Shown piece after piece: positions 63,758 through 64,000 of a stretch of DNA of 64,000 nt (positions are counted from its first letter, which is position 1; every line of letters starts with the position of its first letter). Under the pieces are notes generated by a model, which saw only the letters and a program-made list of their open reading frames with translations, ran no database searches and was not told the DNA's origin. Source of the stretch: an uncultured delta proteobacterium (lineage in GTDB: Bacteria; Myxococcota; Myxococcia; Myxococcales; Myxococcaceae); assembly GCA_963771175.1 (NCBI GenBank), contig CAVYSY010000040.1, forward strand, positions 384,001 through 448,000, read 5' to 3'. The translations under genes and the position numbers were made by a program.

Positions 63758-63916
63758 CGTTTCACTTCTCATCGATGAGGAGTGAAACGGGGTAGGGCCA
63801 TTCCGCTTCCTCATCGATGAGGAGTGAAACGGGGCAGGGTCATTCCGCTGCTCATCGATGAGGAGTGAAACGGGGCAGGGTCATTCCGCTGCTCATCGAT
63901 GAGGAGTGAAACGGGG
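63758..63916. repeat. Intergenic palindrome plus four 41-42 bp tandem repeats (REP-like)
   Basis: CTCATCGATGAGGAGTGAAACGGGG at 63768, 63810, 63851 and 63892. The first copy sits in a 32-bp palindrome with one mismatch (63758-63789). Confidence 0.9.
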
Positions 63917-63919
63917 TCC

Positions 63920-64000
63920 CTAGATCTTTCCGCCCGGCAGCTTGCGGTACACGCCCACCACCTGGCCCAGGAGCATCGTCGAGCGGAACTCCGCCTTGCT
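63920..64000 (-). CDS. lexA: 3' end of a gene, probably LexA repressor (partial)
   Basis: SKAEFRSTMLLGQVVGVYRKLPGGKI* matches the LexA C-terminal '(I/L)LG.VVGV.R' strand. Only 26 codons are visible. Confidence 0.6.
   Translation of the reverse strand, partial: SKAEFRSTMLLGQVVGVYRKLPGGKI

Noticed and set aside
63758..63916. CRISPR array (repeat contains GTGAAAC)
   Set aside because: Intervening sequences are only 16-17 bp and nearly identical to each other; no cas genes in the window.

Overview
High-GC myxobacterial DNA (Myxococcales, probably Archangium/Cystobacter-like, inferred from romR, encC, a SitA-type lipoprotein and core gene order). A tRNA-Sec gene (38388-38483, minus strand) splits the window. 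To its right is core genome: TPR-zincin, response regulator, CIRCE + stand-alone groEL, SinK-like hybrid kinase, encC, REC-GGDEF, CheW-like, romR, valS, nadC, alkaline phosphatase, thioesterase, glpX, SRPBCC, ADP-ribosylglycohydrolase, eno, surE, nlpD-like, an OM barrel, a TPR lipoprotein and the 3' end of a probable lexA. To its left, 3' of the tRNA, is about 35 kb of accessory conflict genes: a SitA5-like polymorphic lipoprotein toxin with a trail of intact and broken immunity genes, an IS remnant, a four-gene GrpE-Hsp70-unknown-J(HPP) chaperone operon, and a ~22 kb extracellular contractile injection system (eCIS) operon. A convergent 1484-aa DUF4157 protein with a C-terminal PD-(D/E)XK-like nuclease and a translationally coupled putative immunity gene abuts the eCIS. 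The best candidate for an undescribed system is this eCIS + DUF4157-nuclease/immunity pair, possibly with the adjacent specialised Hsp70 module. Many genes, including essential valS, are broken by single-base frameshifts, most likely sequencing indels, so merged gene coordinates are my reconstruction. All family assignments are by motif recognition, not database search.
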